DNA of 61,034 bases from Candidatus Methylomirabilota bacterium. GTDB taxonomy: Bacteria; Methylomirabilota; Methylomirabilia; Rokubacteriales; CSP1-6. The stretch is from assembly GCA_046727415.1 (NCBI GenBank), contig JBKPCO010000112.1, positions 1-61,034 of the forward strand, in the 5' to 3' direction. Position numbers and translations under genes: made by a program. Positions 1 through 9,878 of this stretch are shown piece by piece. Position 1 is the stretch's first letter, and the number at the start of each line of letters is the position of its first letter. The notes beneath the pieces were generated by a model. It worked only from the letters and a program-made list of their open reading frames with translations, was not told the DNA's origin and did no database searches.

Positions 1-1032
1 CAGGAGATCCGCACCCTCGCCGAAACCCGCTGGCTGATCGGCCACGGCTGGAACGCGCTCATCGCGTGCCAGCCCGACAGCCTGCTACTCCTCGAGGCGC
101 GCGCCGCCTCCGTTCCAGTAGAGTCGATCCGGATGCGAGCCGCGGCTGACGTCGGCGCACTCTTCCGTTTGCGTCGACTCATCCGGGAGCGCGGGGTGAG
201 CGTCGTCCACACCCATAGCTCCGTCGACAGCTGGCTCGGCAGCCTGGCGGCGAAATCCCTTGGGCGCCCGGTCGTACGCAGCCGGCACGTATCGATCCCC
301 ATCCGGCATACCCTCGTCTATCGGCTTGCCGACCGGATCATCACGAGCGGCGAGGCCGTGCGCGCAACGGTGGTCGCTGCCGGCGTCGCGCCCGAGAAGA
401 TCGTCTCGGTCTCGGCCGGCGTCGATACCGAGCAGTTCCATCCTGGTGTCTCGGGCAAGTCAGTCCGTGACGAGCTCGGGCTCGGCGGCGAGCCGGTGGT
501 CGGGCTCGTCGCAAACATCCGTGGCTCGAAGGGCCACAACGTGTTCCTCGACGCCGCGCGCGCAGTCCTGAAGATGGCGCCCGATACGCGCTTCCTCATC
601 GTGGGCGACGGCGTCGGCTTCGACGAGGTGAAGGCCCGCGTACGGCAGATGGGCCTGGAGTCGCGCGTGCTCCTCACCGGCTTCCGCCGCGACGTGCCCG
701 AGGTGATGGCCGCGCTCGACGTGCTGGTGCTTCCATCGACCCGCTCCGAGGCGACGTCTCAGGTGATCCCCCAGGCCCTCGCGGTCGGCACGCCCGTCGT
801 GGGCTCCGACGTCGGCGGCATTCCCGAGCTGGTGCGCGATGGCGAAACCGGTCGCCTGGTGCCGCCCGGTGATCCGGGCGCGCTCGCCGGCGCGATCCTG
901 GCCTCGGTGCGTGAGCCGGAGCGGTCACGCGCGATGGCTCGCGCCGGCCAGGCACTGATCCTCTCGCAATACACCTTCAACGCGGCGATGGCGCGGACGA
1001 CCTCGGTCTATCGCGCGCTCCTCGAGCGCTAG
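1..1032 (+). CDS. Glycosyltransferase family 4 (GT-B), 5'-partial at window edge
   Basis: Frame 1 is open from nt 1 into ORF 133..1032. The translation shows GT4-like features (VHTHSS..., C-terminal 'PSTRSEATSQVIPQALAVGTPVVGSDVGGIPELV'). Confidence 0.85.
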   Translation, partial: QEIRTLAETRWLIGHGWNALIACQPDSLLLLEARAASVPVESIRMRAAADVGALFRLRRLIRERGVSVVHTHSSVDSWLGSLAAKSLGRPVVRSRHVSIPIRHTLVYRLADRIITSGEAVRATVVAAGVAPEKIVSVSAGVDTEQFHPGVSGKSVRDELGLGGEPVVGLVANIRGSKGHNVFLDAARAVLKMAPDTRFLIVGDGVGFDEVKARVRQMGLESRVLLTGFRRDVPEVMAALDVLVLPSTRSEATSQVIPQALAVGTPVVGSDVGGIPELVRDGETGRLVPPGDPGALAGAILASVREPERSRAMARAGQALILSQYTFNAAMARTTSVYRALLER

Positions 1033-1634
1033 CTCGGAAGGCGCCCCCCGGTCGCGGGTCGCGCGGAGAAGCGTCGGAGGTCGGCCTGCTCCAGGCGGCC
1101 CTCGCCTTCGATCACGAATCCCGAGGCCTCGACGAGGCGTTCGGTCTCTCGGTTCGGGCGGCATCCGCCGCTCAGCCGCGTCCAGAGGGGCTGCACGCGA
1201 TCCTGGAACGCCGCCTTCCATCGACGTTGCGAGCGGACGTGCTCGAGCATGCGCAGCTGCCCGTCCGGACGGAGCACGCGCTTGACCTCGACGAAGCCGC
1301 GCGCGGGATCGGGCACGCTGCAGAAGACGAGGCTGCTGACGACCGTGTCGAAGACGCTGTCGTGGAACGGCATCGCCTCCGCGCTCGCCTGCACCAGCCG
1401 CACGCCCGGGATGCGCCGCGCGGCGCGCGCGAGGCAGGTGCGAGCCGGATCGATCCCGACCACGCGCGCGCCGGGGCCGTAGAAGGGGAGCCCACGACCC
1501 GTCCCGCATCCCACATCGAGCGTGCGTCCCCGCGCGCCGGCCGCGAGCCAGCGCCGGAAGGGCGCAAGCCCGGTGCGCTCCATCACCGCACATAGCCCGT
1601 CGTACAGCCAGGGGATCTGCTCGACGCCGCGCAC
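1029..1634 (-). CDS. Class I SAM-dependent methyltransferase
   Basis: 201-aa ORF with SAM motif I 'LDVGCGTGRG' and a Methyltransf_11-like 'VLRPDGQLRMLEH'. It starts 5 nt downstream of the FIST gene on the same strand. Confidence 0.85.
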   Translation of the reverse strand: MRGVEQIPWLYDGLCAVMERTGLAPFRRWLAAGARGRTLDVGCGTGRGLPFYGPGARVVGIDPARTCLARAARRIPGVRLVQASAEAMPFHDSVFDTVVSSLVFCSVPDPARGFVEVKRVLRPDGQLRMLEHVRSQRRWKAAFQDRVQPLWTRLSGGCRPNRETERLVEASGFVIEGEGRLEQADLRRFSARPATGGRLPS

Positions 1635-1639
1635 CCGCC

Positions 1640-2806
1640 TCAGGCCTCCGGGAACACGACGAGGGCGCCGGTATAGTTGTGGAAGAAGTTCCGGCGTCCG
1701 ATCGGCGCGAACTCGCCGTTGCCGAAGAATCCGATCAGCGGGAAGTCACCGAGTTGGTCGCGGATGAGCGTCACGTCGTGATCCGGGACGCCGAAGAGTC
1801 CGCGCCCGCGGCCTGCGCAGTCGAAGTAGCAGCCGAAGGCGGGCCGCCGGCCGCCCAGGCGCATGGCCACGTCGTCGAGCATCGCCCGCAGATCGTCGCG
1901 CGAGGCCTCGGCGTCGCGGATCTGGAACTGCACGGTCTGCCCTATCCGCACGTGCTCGGCCACCGCCACCGCCCCGCTCGATTGATCGGCGCCGATCAGG
2001 TTGCGCACGAGGAAGTCGCCCCGCTCCAGCGGGGATTTCGCGGGGTCCATCGCGAGGCCCGCAAAGACGCCGGCGTGCTGGACGCGCGTCTCGGCGCCCG
2101 GCACGGAGCGGATCGCTTCGCTCAGCATCTCGAGCGCGGGACGATTCGCGATCCGGCGAATCACGTTGGCCTCGGCTCCCGTGATGACGAACGGCTCGCC
2201 GATCGGCGTACACCCCTGCGCCACGCCGATGACCGGCTGCAGGCCCGACAGCGCGACGCCGGCCAGCGCGCCGCGGGCGGCGTCCGTATTGTAGAGCTCG
2301 AACATCGTCGTGCCCGCGGCGACCGCGCCGAGCACCGGCACGAAGCCCAGCGCATCGTGGAGCTGCGCGAGCAGCGCCGGCGGATTGCAGCCCATCGCGT
2401 CAGGCAGCGCGAGGACGCACCCGCCCTCGGCCACCGTACCGCCGATCCGCTGGGCCACCTCGGTGCCGAGATCCTGGCGTTCGCCCTGCCGCTCGAAGAG
2501 GAACGGCGTCGCGACCAGGCGCTCGCAGCGGACCGCGAGCACCGCGACCGCCGTGGGCTCGTCCTCGATCTCACGCCGGTTGGTCAGAATTCCGCCGCCG
2601 CTGCAGCCGAGAACGATCGGCGCGCCCGTCACGCGGCGGACGGAATGCAGAAGCTCATGCGCGCGCGGATAGGCTTCACCGGTGGCGAAGACCAGGGCCA
2701 GATCGGCTCGATCGGTCCCGCTGCGCTCGAGCGCCCCCAGCGCTGCCTCGAGTGCCGCATCGTCGGCCGTCGACCCAGTCGCGAGTCCGGTTCCCGCGGC
2801 GATCAC
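1640..2806 (-). CDS. FIST N/C domain-containing sensory protein
   Basis: 388-aa ORF with a GTG start. Overall FIST_N/FIST_C-like sequence ('LALVFATG...', 'GFFGNGEFAP' near the C-terminus). Confidence 0.75.
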   Translation of the reverse strand: MIAAGTGLATGSTADDAALEAALGALERSGTDRADLALVFATGEAYPRAHELLHSVRRVTGAPIVLGCSGGGILTNRREIEDEPTAVAVLAVRCERLVATPFLFERQGERQDLGTEVAQRIGGTVAEGGCVLALPDAMGCNPPALLAQLHDALGFVPVLGAVAAGTTMFELYNTDAARGALAGVALSGLQPVIGVAQGCTPIGEPFVITGAEANVIRRIANRPALEMLSEAIRSVPGAETRVQHAGVFAGLAMDPAKSPLERGDFLVRNLIGADQSSGAVAVAEHVRIGQTVQFQIRDAEASRDDLRAMLDDVAMRLGGRRPAFGCYFDCAGRGRGLFGVPDHDVTLIRDQLGDFPLIGFFGNGEFAPIGRRNFFHNYTGALVVFPEA

Positions 2807-3082
2807 GACTGGACTCTAGCACCTTTCTTGCTCACTCCTCCTGCCCATCCCGGCTGGTGGGATCTCGGCGATTTTCTAGCCCGCAAATCCGTCAGAACCT
2901 GTTTGACGTATAGGGAGTAAATGGGATCGCATCGAACCGCTACGTGTCGTCCCAGTACACGGAGAGCGAGACGTCATGCAGGTAGATTGCGCGAAGTGCT
3001 CTCAGCCGACCGGGCTCACCGACATCTTCGAGTCGAACAATCGCCGTCTATCGCATGCGAATGTCGTTCACTCGTTCGCTCC

Positions 3083-3604
3083 TTACAGCCGATAGAGCAT
3101 CAAGTAGACAAGCACGCCGGTCACCGACACGTAGAGCCAGATCGGGAGCGTCCAGCGGGCGATCCGCACGTGACGGGCGAAGCTCCCCTGGATCCCGCGA
3201 TAGACGGTGACGAGCGCCAGCGGAACGATGACAGCCGCCAGCACGATGTGCGAGATGAGCAGCGGAAAGTAGACGGCGCGGATCCATCCCTGTCCCCCGA
3301 AGGGACGGGAGCCGACGAGGGAATGGTAGGTGACGTACGAGACGAGGAAGAGGGTCGACACAAGAAGGGCCGACACCATGCACGTCTTGTGCGCGGTGAC
3401 GCGGCGGTGCCGGATGAACACATAACCCGCGGTCAGGAGCGCGGCGCTCGTCGCGTTCAGGCACGCGTTGACCAGCGGCAATGATGCGGCCAGGCCTGGC
3501 GTGGCGTCGCTCTCGGGACGGCGCCCGACAACCAGATAGCCGACGACGAGGACGACCGCGAGGGACACCGCGCCGATCGTCTGCAGCACAAGGCGGTCTC
3601 TCAC
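3083..3604 (-). CDS. DUF420 family integral membrane protein
   Basis: 173 aa with four hydrophobic helices and a DUF420-like 'LLTAGYVFIRHRRVTAHKTCM' segment. Confidence 0.7.
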   Translation of the reverse strand: MRDRLVLQTIGAVSLAVVLVVGYLVVGRRPESDATPGLAASLPLVNACLNATSAALLTAGYVFIRHRRVTAHKTCMVSALLVSTLFLVSYVTYHSLVGSRPFGGQGWIRAVYFPLLISHIVLAAVIVPLALVTVYRGIQGSFARHVRIARWTLPIWLYVSVTGVLVYLMLYRL

Positions 3605-3617
3605 GTTCGGGGCGCCT

Positions 3618-4901
3618 TCACCACACGGTCGCGAAGAACGCCAGAGCCGCGAGCGACATGACGGTCGTGGCCGTCCAGCCCAGTCCGTTCAGCCAGGGCC
3701 CGTTCGCGTGCTCGCCCATGATGGCGCGATTGCGGCTGACCAGCATGACCAGCAGCAGGAGCGGCGGGGCGAGAAGACCGTTGAGAACGGCGCAGAGAAA
3801 GAGCATGCGCATCGGATTCGTCCCGGCGAGGTCCAGCAGCATCCCGGCGATCACGGCCCCGGCGAAGACCATATAGAAGCGGCGGCCGCGCCGCGGCGTG
3901 AGATCGAGCCCCGAGCGCCAGCCGAAGACCTCGGCGACCGCGAAGGACGCCGATCCGGCCAACACTGGTACGGCGAGAAGTCCGGTGCCGATCAGCCCCA
4001 GCGCGAAGAGGGCGTAGGCGAGGTCGCCGGCCAGGGGGCGCAACGCCTCCGCGGCCTGACGCGCGGTCTGGATCTCGGTGTGGCCGGCCGGATGCAGGGT
4101 GACGGCGGTCGCGAGCATGATAAAGAACATCGCGACGTTCGAGAAGAACATGCCGGTGACGACATCGAGCCGCGCGTCGGACAGCTCATGTCCCGTGGCG
4201 CCGCGGCGCTGGGCGAGCGTCCGTCGGCCCTGGGCCTTTTCTTGCTCCACCTCGTGCGAGGCCTGCCAGAAGAACAGATAGGGCGAAATCGTCGTGCCGA
4301 GCACGCCGACCAGCGTCGTGATGTACGTGGTGTCCCAGGCGAAGCGCGGGGTGAAGGTGGCGATGGCGACCCGCCGCCAGTCGGGCCCGGCGAGAAACGC
4401 CGCCAGGACGTAGGCAAGCAGCACCGCGGTCAGCCACTTGAGGTACTGGGCGAAGCGCGCATAGTTCAGGTAGACGGTCGCCAGCAGAATGATCGCCCCG
4501 AAGAGGGGGATCGACAGCAGCAACGGCACACCGGTGAGCATCTGGGCCGCGTCCGCCATCCCCGCGAGATCCGCTGCGATGTTGAAAACGTTGGCGACCA
4601 GCAGCAAGAGGCAGGCACCGTAGAGAAACGGCCGCGGGTAGTGTCCGCGAATGGTGCCGGCGAGGCCGCGGCCGGTCACGAGGCCGATCCGCGCGCAGAT
4701 GAGCTGCACGGCCGCCATCAGCGGCAGCGTGGCCGGCGCCGTCCAGAGCATCCCGAAGCCGAGCGCGGCGCCGGCCACCGCGTAGGTCGCGATGCCGCTC
4801 GGATCGTCGTCCGACGCGCCGGTGACGAGCCCCGGCCCCAGGACCCTGAAGTAGCGAACGAGCGGATTGTGGCTGTGGTCGTCGATTTCCTGATCGGGCA
4901 T
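3618..4901 (-). CDS. NRAMP/SLC11-family cation transporter with non-canonical metal-site residues
   Basis: 427 aa, polytopic. TM1 reads 'GPGLVTGASDDDPSGIATY' (DPSG instead of DPGN). TM6 reads 'GTTISPYLFFWQAS' (SPY instead of MPH). Confidence 0.85.
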   Translation of the reverse strand: MPDQEIDDHSHNPLVRYFRVLGPGLVTGASDDDPSGIATYAVAGAALGFGMLWTAPATLPLMAAVQLICARIGLVTGRGLAGTIRGHYPRPFLYGACLLLLVANVFNIAADLAGMADAAQMLTGVPLLLSIPLFGAIILLATVYLNYARFAQYLKWLTAVLLAYVLAAFLAGPDWRRVAIATFTPRFAWDTTYITTLVGVLGTTISPYLFFWQASHEVEQEKAQGRRTLAQRRGATGHELSDARLDVVTGMFFSNVAMFFIMLATAVTLHPAGHTEIQTARQAAEALRPLAGDLAYALFALGLIGTGLLAVPVLAGSASFAVAEVFGWRSGLDLTPRRGRRFYMVFAGAVIAGMLLDLAGTNPMRMLFLCAVLNGLLAPPLLLLVMLVSRNRAIMGEHANGPWLNGLGWTATTVMSLAALAFFATVW

Positions 4902-4974
4902 GCGGCCCCACCATTATGCCCGCACCGGAACTCCCCGGTTCGGCTAACATGCCGTCGATGACGCAGGGAACGCC

Positions 4975-6408
4975 GTGAGCGGATTCGCCGAGTACGAGCG
5001 GTACGACGCGCTGGGCCTCGCCGAGCTGGTGCGCCGGCGACAGGTGTCGCCGGGCGAGCTGCTCGACGCCGCCATCGCTCGGGTCGAGGCTCGCAACCCG
5101 TCCATCAACGCCGTGACGATGCCGCTCTACGACTACGGGCGCGCCACGATCGCGGCGGGACTGCCGGACGGACCGTTCGCCGGCGTGCCGTTCCTCATGA
5201 AGGACCTTACCGCCTCGATCGCCGGCGTGAGGATGACGCGGAGCTCGTCGTTTTTCGCCGATGCGCCGGCGCCGGCCGTCGACAGCGAGCATGTCCGCCG
5301 GCTCAAGCGGGCCGGCCTGGTCATTTTCGGACGCACCAACACATGCGAGCTCGGGCTCTCGCTCACCTGCGAGCCTCGGCTGCACGGCCCGACCCGCAAT
5401 CCCTGGGACCCGACGCGCATCTCGGGCGGCTCGAGCGGTGGAGCGGCGGCCGCGGTGGGCGCGCGCGTGCTCCCGATGGCGCACGCCACCGACGGCTTCG
5501 GCTCGATCCGCGCCCCCGCCGCCTGCTGCGGGCTCGTCGGCCTCAAGCCGACCCGCGGACGCAACACGATGACGCCCTTCCTCGGCGAGGGGCTCGGCGG
5601 CTGCTCGGTCGAGCACGCGGTGACCCTGTCCGTGCGCGACAGCGCGGCGCTGCTCGACGCGACGTGCGGCACGGGCGCGGGCGATCCCTACGTCGCCCCG
5701 CCGCCGGCCCGGCCGTTCCGAGAGGAGATCGGCGCTGACCCGGGGGTTCTTCGGATCGCGTACACGAGCCTGCCCCCGAACGGCGCGAAGATCGACGCCG
5801 AGAGCCTGCGCGCACTGGGCGAGACCGTCCGGCTCTGCGCCGACCTCGGTCATCGCGTCCAGGAGGTCGACCCACCGATCGACCGGCCGGCCGTCATCGC
5901 CACATTCCTGACGCTGGCCGCGGCCAACACGGTCGTGAACCTCGCGAGTCACCCGACGAAGGGACGCGCCGCCCAGCCGGACGAGGTCGAGAAGGTGACG
6001 TGGGCGACCGCGAGGCTTGGCCTTGCGGTCAGCGGGGCCGACTACGTCCGGGCGACCCAGGCCGCGCACAAGCTCGGGCGACAGATGGCCGCGTTCCACG
6101 CGGACTGGGACGTTCTGCTCACGCCCGGCCTCGCGACCCTGCCGGTGAAGCTCGGCTGGCTCGACATGATGATGGACGACGTCGACGAGTACTGGCGGCG
6201 GGTCTTTGCCTTCTCGCCCTTCACGGTGTGGTTCAACCTCACCGGCCAGCCCGCCGTGATGCTGCCGCTTGGGCGCTCACCCGAGGGGCTGCCCGTCGCA
6301 ACCCAGCTCGTCGCGCGCTACGGCGACGAGGCGACGTTGTTCCGCCTGGCCGCGCAGCTCGAAGCCGCGCATCCGTGGTTCGATCGCAAGCCCGCCCTCG
6401 CGTCCTGA
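4975..6408 (+). CDS. Amidase (amidase-signature family)
   Basis: 477 aa with the AS motif 'GGSSGGAAAAV' and a conserved 'KDL' Lys region. Confidence 0.9.
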   Translation: MSGFAEYERYDALGLAELVRRRQVSPGELLDAAIARVEARNPSINAVTMPLYDYGRATIAAGLPDGPFAGVPFLMKDLTASIAGVRMTRSSSFFADAPAPAVDSEHVRRLKRAGLVIFGRTNTCELGLSLTCEPRLHGPTRNPWDPTRISGGSSGGAAAAVGARVLPMAHATDGFGSIRAPAACCGLVGLKPTRGRNTMTPFLGEGLGGCSVEHAVTLSVRDSAALLDATCGTGAGDPYVAPPPARPFREEIGADPGVLRIAYTSLPPNGAKIDAESLRALGETVRLCADLGHRVQEVDPPIDRPAVIATFLTLAAANTVVNLASHPTKGRAAQPDEVEKVTWATARLGLAVSGADYVRATQAAHKLGRQMAAFHADWDVLLTPGLATLPVKLGWLDMMMDDVDEYWRRVFAFSPFTVWFNLTGQPAVMLPLGRSPEGLPVATQLVARYGDEATLFRLAAQLEAAHPWFDRKPALAS

Positions 6409-6451
6409 GAGGGCGGGGCGGCGCGCCTTCGGTCTCGTCAGATCGGCGTGT

Positions 6452-7321
6452 CTAGGCAGCCGGGGTGAAACGATGGCCGCCGCCCGCGCGGACGATGAAG
6501 CCTGGCTGCGGAAAGTGCCCGGCCAAGATCAGCGTGCCTGAATCCGCATGCTGCTCCACGAACGCGCGCCGCGTCTCGCGTGCCTTTGCCGCGTCGTAGC
6601 AGAAGCGGCTCGACCACTGGGGCTCGGCGACCTGCACGGTGCGGTGCATCAGATCGCCCGAGAAGACGGCGGTGCCCGCCGAGGTCGTGAGGCGGACGCA
6701 GACGTGACCCGGTGTGTGACCGACCCACGGCTCGAAGCGCAGATGCTCGCCGATCTTGAAGTCGCTGTCGACGAGCACAGCCTGTCCCGCCTCGACCACG
6801 GGCACGACGCTGTCGGCGATGCACCCCGACTCCTCCTTGCCCGCGTCGCTCTCGTGCTTCCAGAACTCGTACTCCGCGCCCGCGATGACGTACCGGGCGT
6901 TCGGGAACGTCGGAATCCAGCGTCCGTCCTGCCAGCGCGTGTTCCAGCCGACGTGGTCGACATGCAGGTGCGTGCACACGACGAAGTCGACCTGCTCAGG
7001 CGTGACGCCGACCGCGGCGAGATCGTCGAGGTAGGTGCCCTGCCGCATGTTCCAGGCGGGCGCGCCGGTGCGCGCCTTGTCGTTGCCGACGCCGGTGTCG
7101 ATCAGGATCGTGTGGCGCGGGGTGCGCACGACGTAGGTCTGAATGCGCGAGCCGAGGTCGCCGATGCGTTCGTCGAAGAAGTGCGGCTTGAGCCAGTGAT
7201 GGTGGGCGGCGATCTCGGCAGCCGTCGAGTCCGGCAGCATGGACGCGGTCGGAAACGATGAGCGGTCGATCTCGATCACGCGGGAAATCGTCACTTCGCC
7301 GAGCTTCATCGGCTGCGTCAT
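6452..7321 (-). CDS. MBL-fold metallo-hydrolase (lactonase-like)
   Basis: 289 aa with the HxHxDH motif 'THLHVDHVG'. Confidence 0.85.
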   Translation of the reverse strand: MTQPMKLGEVTISRVIEIDRSSFPTASMLPDSTAAEIAAHHHWLKPHFFDERIGDLGSRIQTYVVRTPRHTILIDTGVGNDKARTGAPAWNMRQGTYLDDLAAVGVTPEQVDFVVCTHLHVDHVGWNTRWQDGRWIPTFPNARYVIAGAEYEFWKHESDAGKEESGCIADSVVPVVEAGQAVLVDSDFKIGEHLRFEPWVGHTPGHVCVRLTTSAGTAVFSGDLMHRTVQVAEPQWSSRFCYDAAKARETRRAFVEQHADSGTLILAGHFPQPGFIVRAGGGHRFTPAA

Positions 7322-7377
7322 CGCGCTCTCCCTCGCGAGACCTCAATTGGTGATAGGGTAGCCGCAAAGGAGGACCT

Positions 7378-8424
7378 ATGCGGGGCGTAGTTTTCCTTGG
7401 AAATCGCAAGCTCGAGATTCGCGACTTCCCGGATCCGAAGCCGGGGCCCGGCGAGGTGGTGGTGGCCATGAAGGCTTCGGGCATGTGCGGGAGCGACCTG
7501 CATCCCTACCGCGCTGCCGGCAACGCCGCCGCGGCCCTCGGGCTCGGCGGCAGCGGCGGGCCCGTCATCGCGGGTCACGAGCCGTGCGGTGTCGTCGCCG
7601 AGCGCGGGCCGGGCGTGGCCGAGGCTGACGCGCCCACCGGGCAGCGCGTGATGGTCCATCACTACAAGGGCTGCGGGCGGTGCAAGCACTGTCGCGTCGG
7701 CTGGGCCCAGCTCTGCCGGCAGGGCATCGTCGTGTACGGCATGACGGGCCACGGCGGCCACGCGCCGTTCATCAGCGTGCCGGCCTACACGCTCGTGCCG
7801 CTGCCCGACTCGATCGGCTTCCCGGCGGGCGCCGCCATCTCGTGCGGGACCGGTACAGCGTACGGCGCGCTCAAGCGTCTCGACGTGTCTGGTCGTGACA
7901 CGCTCGCGGTCTTCGGTCAAGGCCCGGTCGGGCTCAGCGCCACCATGCTCGGGCGCGCCATGGGCGCCCGCGTGATCGCCATCGACGTCGCCCCCGAGCG
8001 ACTCGCGCTCGCCCGCAGGTTCGGCGCCGAGACGGTCATCAACGCGCGCGAGACCGATCCGGTCGCGGCGCTCCGCGAGCTGACCCAGGGCGAGGGCGTG
8101 GAGACCGCGATGGACTGCACCGGCAACCCCGAGGCGCGTGTGGCCGCGGTACGCTGCGCGACCACCTGGGGGCGCGTCGCCTTCGTGGGCGAGGGCAACA
8201 CGACGACCTTCGACATCAGCCAGGACATGATCCGCCGGCAGCTGACGATCCACGCGTCGTGGACCTTTTCGAGCGTGGGCCAGGCCGAGTGCGCCCGCTT
8301 CATCGCCGACCGCAAGGTGCCGCTCGACCAGCTCCTCACGCACCGGTTCAGGCTCGATCAGGCCGACGAAGCCTATCGCCTCTTCGACACGCAGACGACC
8401 GGCAAGGGCTTTTTCGAGTTCTGA
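7378..8424 (+). CDS. Zinc-dependent alcohol/polyol dehydrogenase (MDR family)
   Basis: 348 aa with 'GMCGSDLH', 'GHEPCG', a structural-Zn Cys cluster 'CGRCKHCRVG' and a Rossmann 'VFGQGPVG'. Confidence 0.9.
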   Translation: MRGVVFLGNRKLEIRDFPDPKPGPGEVVVAMKASGMCGSDLHPYRAAGNAAAALGLGGSGGPVIAGHEPCGVVAERGPGVAEADAPTGQRVMVHHYKGCGRCKHCRVGWAQLCRQGIVVYGMTGHGGHAPFISVPAYTLVPLPDSIGFPAGAAISCGTGTAYGALKRLDVSGRDTLAVFGQGPVGLSATMLGRAMGARVIAIDVAPERLALARRFGAETVINARETDPVAALRELTQGEGVETAMDCTGNPEARVAAVRCATTWGRVAFVGEGNTTTFDISQDMIRRQLTIHASWTFSSVGQAECARFIADRKVPLDQLLTHRFRLDQADEAYRLFDTQTTGKGFFEF

Positions 8425-8443
8425 GCGATCCCGGGTATCCCGA

Positions 8444-8730
8444 GTGTGGGCGAACCTGACCATCAAGAACGTGCCCCAACCGGTGTTGCGGCGACTCAAG
8501 GCGCGCGCAGCCCTGCACCGCCGAAGCCTAAATCTCGATGTCATCGCATGCCTGGAGTCTTTGGTCCAGTCTTCGCCGCTCGACGTCGACGCGCTCCTGG
8601 TTCGTGTACGAGAGATCCGGCGAACGTCGCGCTGGCCCAGGACCTGCGCGTGCCATTCGTCACCGCTGATCGACAGGTCCTGGTTGCATTTCCATCGACG
8701 GCGGTCTCACCTGCCGATTTCGTTGGCTGA
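8444..8730 (+). pseudogene. Decayed vapBC/fitAB-type toxin-antitoxin remnant (RHH antitoxin N-terminus joined out of frame to a PIN C-terminal fragment)
   Basis: Frame 2 gives 'WANLTIKNVPQPVLRRLKARAALHRRSLNLDVIACLE', an Arc/FitA-like ribbon-helix-helix. From about 8620, frame 1 gives 'ANVALAQDLRVPFVTADRQVLVAFP', a PIN-domain C-terminus. The bulk of the PIN domain is absent. Confidence 0.5.
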
Positions 8731-8785
8731 GCAGTACGGCGAAGGCGCCGACGGTATCTCACCGCCGGCGCCGTGCGCCGTCTGA

Positions 8786-9826
8786 TTACCGCGTCGGCAG
8801 GATTTTCAGAATGGGCTCGAGATTCTTCGGATCCGGCTTGAGCTTGCCGACACCGTAGCTGCGCACCGCTGCCACGACGGCGTCGTTGACCGGGGTTTTG
8901 ATGCCCTTCTGACGCCCCTGGTCGCAGACATAGCCGTTGAGATAGTCGATCTCGGTGCGGCGCCCGCGCATGACGTCCTGCAGGAGCGAGGGCCTCCCGC
9001 CGCCGCGCCGCGCGCCTTCCGCCGCCACGTCCTTCTCGACCTCGGCGAGCCCGCGGCCTTCATAAGCGTCAACGAACCTCTGCGAAGCGATGCCGTAGAT
9101 GGGCTCGACCTCGAAGCCGCACGCGCGTCCGACCTTCACGACCTCGCCGCCCACGTAGATCGCGATGAGCCGCGGCTCGCGCTGGGTGCGCACCTCCGCG
9201 GTGCTAAGGCCCGAGAGCCCCGCCAGCGGGTTGGCCATGCAGTTCACGGTGAGCTTCGACCACCGCTCGCCGAAGAGGTTCGTCGTCACCTTGGACACCG
9301 CAACGTCGTTCATGATCTTGGCCAGCTCTCGCGCGCGCTCGGTGTCCTTGCCGTCGAGCTCGCCGATCTTGAAGCCGATCGAGCCGGTGTCGGTACGCAT
9401 GGCGTGACCGGGCTCGTACATGCCGGCGCCGATCGTGATGACGCTGCCGAGCGTCCGCTCGCGGCCGGCGATGGCCGCCACGCGCTCGTCGTTGATCCCG
9501 TTCTGAAAGTCGACCATCACCCCGTTCGGCTTCTTGAGGTACTGGACGCCCAGTGACGCCGCCCACTCCGTGTCGTACGACTTGACGGAGATGAAGACCG
9601 CGTCGAAGGGCTCGGTGATCGACTGCGCCTCGTAGATGTGGAGGGCCTTGACCCGGACGACGTGGTCGCCGCACGTCCCGCTGAGGCGGAGGCCGTCCTT
9701 CCGCATCTTCTCCACGTGCTCCGGCCACTGGTCGATGAGCGTCACGTCGTGCCCGGCCCTGGTGAGCATGCCACCGACGACGCTGCCGATGGCCCCGGCC
9801 CCGATGATCCCGATCCGCATTGCCAT
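8786..9826 (-). CDS. Ketopantoate reductase (ApbA/PanE) family oxidoreductase
   Basis: 346 aa with an N-terminal 'IGIIGAGAIGSVVGG' Rossmann motif and ApbA-like N and C domains. Confidence 0.85.
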   Translation of the reverse strand: MAMRIGIIGAGAIGSVVGGMLTRAGHDVTLIDQWPEHVEKMRKDGLRLSGTCGDHVVRVKALHIYEAQSITEPFDAVFISVKSYDTEWAASLGVQYLKKPNGVMVDFQNGINDERVAAIAGRERTLGSVITIGAGMYEPGHAMRTDTGSIGFKIGELDGKDTERARELAKIMNDVAVSKVTTNLFGERWSKLTVNCMANPLAGLSGLSTAEVRTQREPRLIAIYVGGEVVKVGRACGFEVEPIYGIASQRFVDAYEGRGLAEVEKDVAAEGARRGGGRPSLLQDVMRGRRTEIDYLNGYVCDQGRQKGIKTPVNDAVVAAVRSYGVGKLKPDPKNLEPILKILPTR

Positions 9827-9878
9827 GGGTACCCTCCGTTAAGGACTCTTGCGCCCGAGCATGATAACTTGAACCGCC

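Noticed and set aside
2921-3484. 187-aa ORF with a 'GGGAGTAA-ATG' start in the 276-bp low-GC spacer. Also a 39-aa ORF (2976..3095, MQVDCAKCSQPTG...) with a GGAGAG SD.
   Set aside because: The long ORF runs antisense through the DUF420 gene and its translation is junk-like. The short ORF has only about 69% GC at third positions, lower than I expect for real genes here. It has a single CxxC, and it overlaps the DUF420 3' end. This is not enough evidence to call it.
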